This document shows positions 58,857 through 60,938 of a stretch of 60,938 nucleotides of DNA, piece by piece. Under the pieces are notes generated by a model. It worked only from the letters and a program-made list of their open reading frames with translations. It searched no databases and was not told where the DNA came from. Numbering within the stretch: the stretch's first letter is position 1; every line of letters starts with the position of its first letter. The translations under genes were made by a program, and so were the position numbers. Origin of the DNA: an uncultured Chthoniobacteraceae bacterium (GTDB lineage: Bacteria > Verrucomicrobiota > Verrucomicrobiia > Chthoniobacterales > CAKUMP01); assembly GCA_965365475.1 (NCBI GenBank), contig CBDUBV010000003.1, positions 1-60,938 of the forward strand, in the 5' to 3' direction.

Positions 58857-59561
58857 ATGAAAAACTTATACTTCGCTATTTTAATATCGTCCGTTCTCAC
58901 TGTTGTAGCTGGCGCACAGGTCGTGACCAACATCAGCTACACATGGAATTTCGACACCGCCACACCACTGGAGCCTTCCAGCTCCTCTTCGTCCGTTGGG
59001 TCCGTCGGCACCTATGTATCCTCCGGACCGGTCATTACTGCTCTCGGTAATTCTAACTTGATCGTTTATAGCAACAGCACTTCCGATTACACAAATGCGT
59101 CTGGAAACAACAATCTGGGGACGAACGTCAATGGGACCAATGCTTCTTCGCAAGGCATGGCATTCTCCATCACGCTTTCCAATTCCAACCACACCTTTCA
59201 ATTAACAAACTTCGACTTGGGAAGTCGCAGCACAACCACGGGCCCGACCACAATCCAACTCTTGGCCAGTAGCAGTTCCAACTTCACCACACCGGTCACC
59301 ATTTTTTCCGCTACTGTGTCAAACAACTCCAACTGGTCGTTTCTGAACCCTACGCTCAATGCGTTCTCCAGTTCTAGCAACCAAGTGTATTTCCGGCTGC
59401 AGGGCTTGAATGGCAACAGCTCTGGCCCAGGTAACTGGCGTGTGGACGACATAACCCTCGCAGGTTCCGTCATTCCCGAGCCGACCACCTACGTGCTCGT
59501 GGCTGTGGCACTGGCGGGCGTCGTCGCTTTCAGCCGTCGCAAGGCCAAGCACAAGGCCTGA
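58857..59561 (+). CDS. PEP-CTERM sorting-domain secreted protein
   Basis: Signal peptide, a Ser/Thr/Asn-rich body, and C-terminal VIPEPTTYVLVAVALAGVVAFSRRKAK (PEP motif, TM, basic tail). Confidence 0.8.
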   Translation: MKNLYFAILISSVLTVVAGAQVVTNISYTWNFDTATPLEPSSSSSSVGSVGTYVSSGPVITALGNSNLIVYSNSTSDYTNASGNNNLGTNVNGTNASSQGMAFSITLSNSNHTFQLTNFDLGSRSTTTGPTTIQLLASSSSNFTTPVTIFSATVSNNSNWSFLNPTLNAFSSSSNQVYFRLQGLNGNSSGPGNWRVDDITLAGSVIPEPTTYVLVAVALAGVVAFSRRKAKHKA

Positions 59562-59588
59562 TCTTTGCCTCGAAGCAGAGAGCCTTCC

Positions 59589-60647
59589 TCAACCCGCTCC
59601 CGTGAGCGATTCAAGCACCTCGGCAATGGAGAGCATAGCACCACACACAAAAGTGTCCGATGCACCGTAATAGATCGTTAACCGGTCGCCATCAACGAGG
59701 TGGCCGTTGGTAAAAATCACATTGCCAAAAAAACCTTTCTGCTCGTAGCCAGCTGTCGGTTCCATGATCGGCTTCCGTGAGCGAGCCAGCACGCGCCAGG
59801 GTTCATCCCGATCCAGCAACAGCGCGCCGAGGCAGTATCGGTGGTTGAAATCTGCGCCGTGATAAATTTCCAGCCACCCGCGATCCGTTAAAATCGGCGC
59901 TGCTCCTGCACCGACCCGCGCCTCGTCCCACATGCCCGCCCGCGTCCGCGCCACACAGCGGTGACCGCCCCAATGCACCAAGTCTTCGCTCTCCGCATAC
60001 CAGATATACGGCCCCCAGCCATCCGACCCCACCGGGCGATGCAGGCAAGCATAACGCCCCGCAACTTTCTCGGAAAAGATCGCCGTGTCCTTGTTATGCG
60101 GCGGAAAGATCACGCCGTGACGATGGAACCGCTCCCAGTCGCGCGTCTCCATCAAACCTACCGCAACCCCGCTGCGAGACACAGCGGTATAACTCAGCAA
60201 CCAGCGACTCTCCAGCTCAACCACCCGCACATCCTCGATGCCAAACTCTTCCAGCTCCCCGTCTCCGATCAGGAAAGGCGTGGTCTCGACCTCGAATTGA
60301 CATCCGTCGCGGGAGATCGCCCGGCGGAAATGCGATATGGTGGTCAGATAAGGCTCATCTTTATAATGAAAAATTCGCGCATCCTCACAGCGCAGGTCCG
60401 GATCATCTTTACGATAAGTCACCGTGCGCAATCCGCCAGGAGCACCCGCATCGGAGATCAACGTGGCTACCGTATGCTCTTGCGGGGCCGGACGCTCCGC
60501 TACCCTCAATAGCAACACTGTGCGCCCCTGCGCATCGCGAAACACGCCCGGATTGAGCACTCCCTCCACCGAGAGTCCTGGTAAACTGGGTGAGACATCA
60601 GCGGGAGTGATGAGAGGATTTTCTGGGAATCGCTGGGCTATATCCAT
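59589..60647 (-). CDS. GH130-like glycoside phosphorylase/hydrolase (beta-propeller)
   Basis: FPENPLITPADV ... GVLNPGVFRDAQGRTVLLLRVAE ... WLLSYTAV ... IYYGASD pattern. Start trimmed to ATG 60647. Confidence 0.65.
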   Translation of the reverse strand: MDIAQRFPENPLITPADVSPSLPGLSVEGVLNPGVFRDAQGRTVLLLRVAERPAPQEHTVATLISDAGAPGGLRTVTYRKDDPDLRCEDARIFHYKDEPYLTTISHFRRAISRDGCQFEVETTPFLIGDGELEEFGIEDVRVVELESRWLLSYTAVSRSGVAVGLMETRDWERFHRHGVIFPPHNKDTAIFSEKVAGRYACLHRPVGSDGWGPYIWYAESEDLVHWGGHRCVARTRAGMWDEARVGAGAAPILTDRGWLEIYHGADFNHRYCLGALLLDRDEPWRVLARSRKPIMEPTAGYEQKGFFGNVIFTNGHLVDGDRLTIYYGASDTFVCGAMLSIAEVLESLTGAG

Positions 60648-60884
60648 TGGTGAGGAATATAAAAGGGGGCGGTGCCTACCAGAGCACGCGCCTGCAATAC
60701 TTATCGCGGCATGTGCTCGTTGCGGCCCCACCACGTGCACATCCACAGGAGCCACGGTGGCCACCCAAATCATCGCGTCGCCCGCATGCGTGAGCGTTTC
60801 AGCACATGGCTTCTACCCGACCAACTCCACGCCCTCAAAATTTAGACTTTTCTAAATAATCTGGACCGCTATGCTGTATTCACC

Positions 60885-60938
60885 ATGAAAGCGCATCTGG
60901 CGGCGATATTGCTTCTGGTCGTTCCCTCGACGCATGCA
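60885..60938 (+). CDS. 5' end of a secreted protein gene (runs off the right edge)
   Basis: ATG at 60885 followed by MKAHLAAILLLVVPSTHA, which looks like a signal peptide. Only 18 codons are visible. Confidence 0.25.
   Translation, partial: MKAHLAAILLLVVPSTHA

Overview
High-GC (roughly 58-60% by eye) chromosomal segment that is densely coding on both strands. Gene content suggests a Verrucomicrobiota-like organism: PEP-CTERM protein, several sulfatases, futalosine-pathway radical-SAM enzyme, GlgE, DUF4159. That assignment is inference only. Most of the window is core metabolism and housekeeping: glgE fragment, waaA, rsmD, pyrH, yihA/engB, rsgA, ppdK, ndk, argH, tatC, leuS, ribE, copA, prepilin peptidase and one tRNA-Arg(TCT). 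The clearest accessory system is a complete four-gene Wadjet-type (JetABCD) SMC anti-plasmid operon at 7757-14440 (minus strand). It sits directly between core genes with no mobile-element hallmarks. Wadjet is a described family, so I do not claim it as new. A second accessory patch at 40.8-43.0 kb holds three toxin-antitoxin-like modules. My own re-translation shows two are broken by single-nucleotide frameshifts: a Phd/YefM-type antitoxin upstream of an intact PIN toxin, and a Doc toxin downstream of an intact AbrB-type antitoxin. The third is an orphan RelE/ParE-like gene translationally coupled to a small membrane protein. Other points worth a second look:
- A conserved tandem-heptamer motif, CGGCGAAC(G/T)CCGAAC(G/T)CCGAA, lies in sense orientation 5' of three unrelated genes or operons, including jetA.
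- A (CACTCTT)4-5 microsatellite sits in a divergent promoter.
- A 757-aa fusion joins a membrane His-box desaturase, a Rieske domain and an NqrF-like reductase, next to an AraC regulator.
- A nucleotidyltransferase-kinase fusion is translationally coupled to glgE.
- The prepilin peptidase carries an insertion of about 97 aa and is start/stop-coupled to copA.
I found no CRISPR array, transposase, integrase or rRNA. I did not recognise a clearly new multi-gene system beyond these items. Many long ORFs in the track are antisense shadows of real genes. Several track ORFs carry spurious N-terminal extensions, which I trimmed using neighbouring stop codons and start/stop overlaps (ATGA or GTGA).
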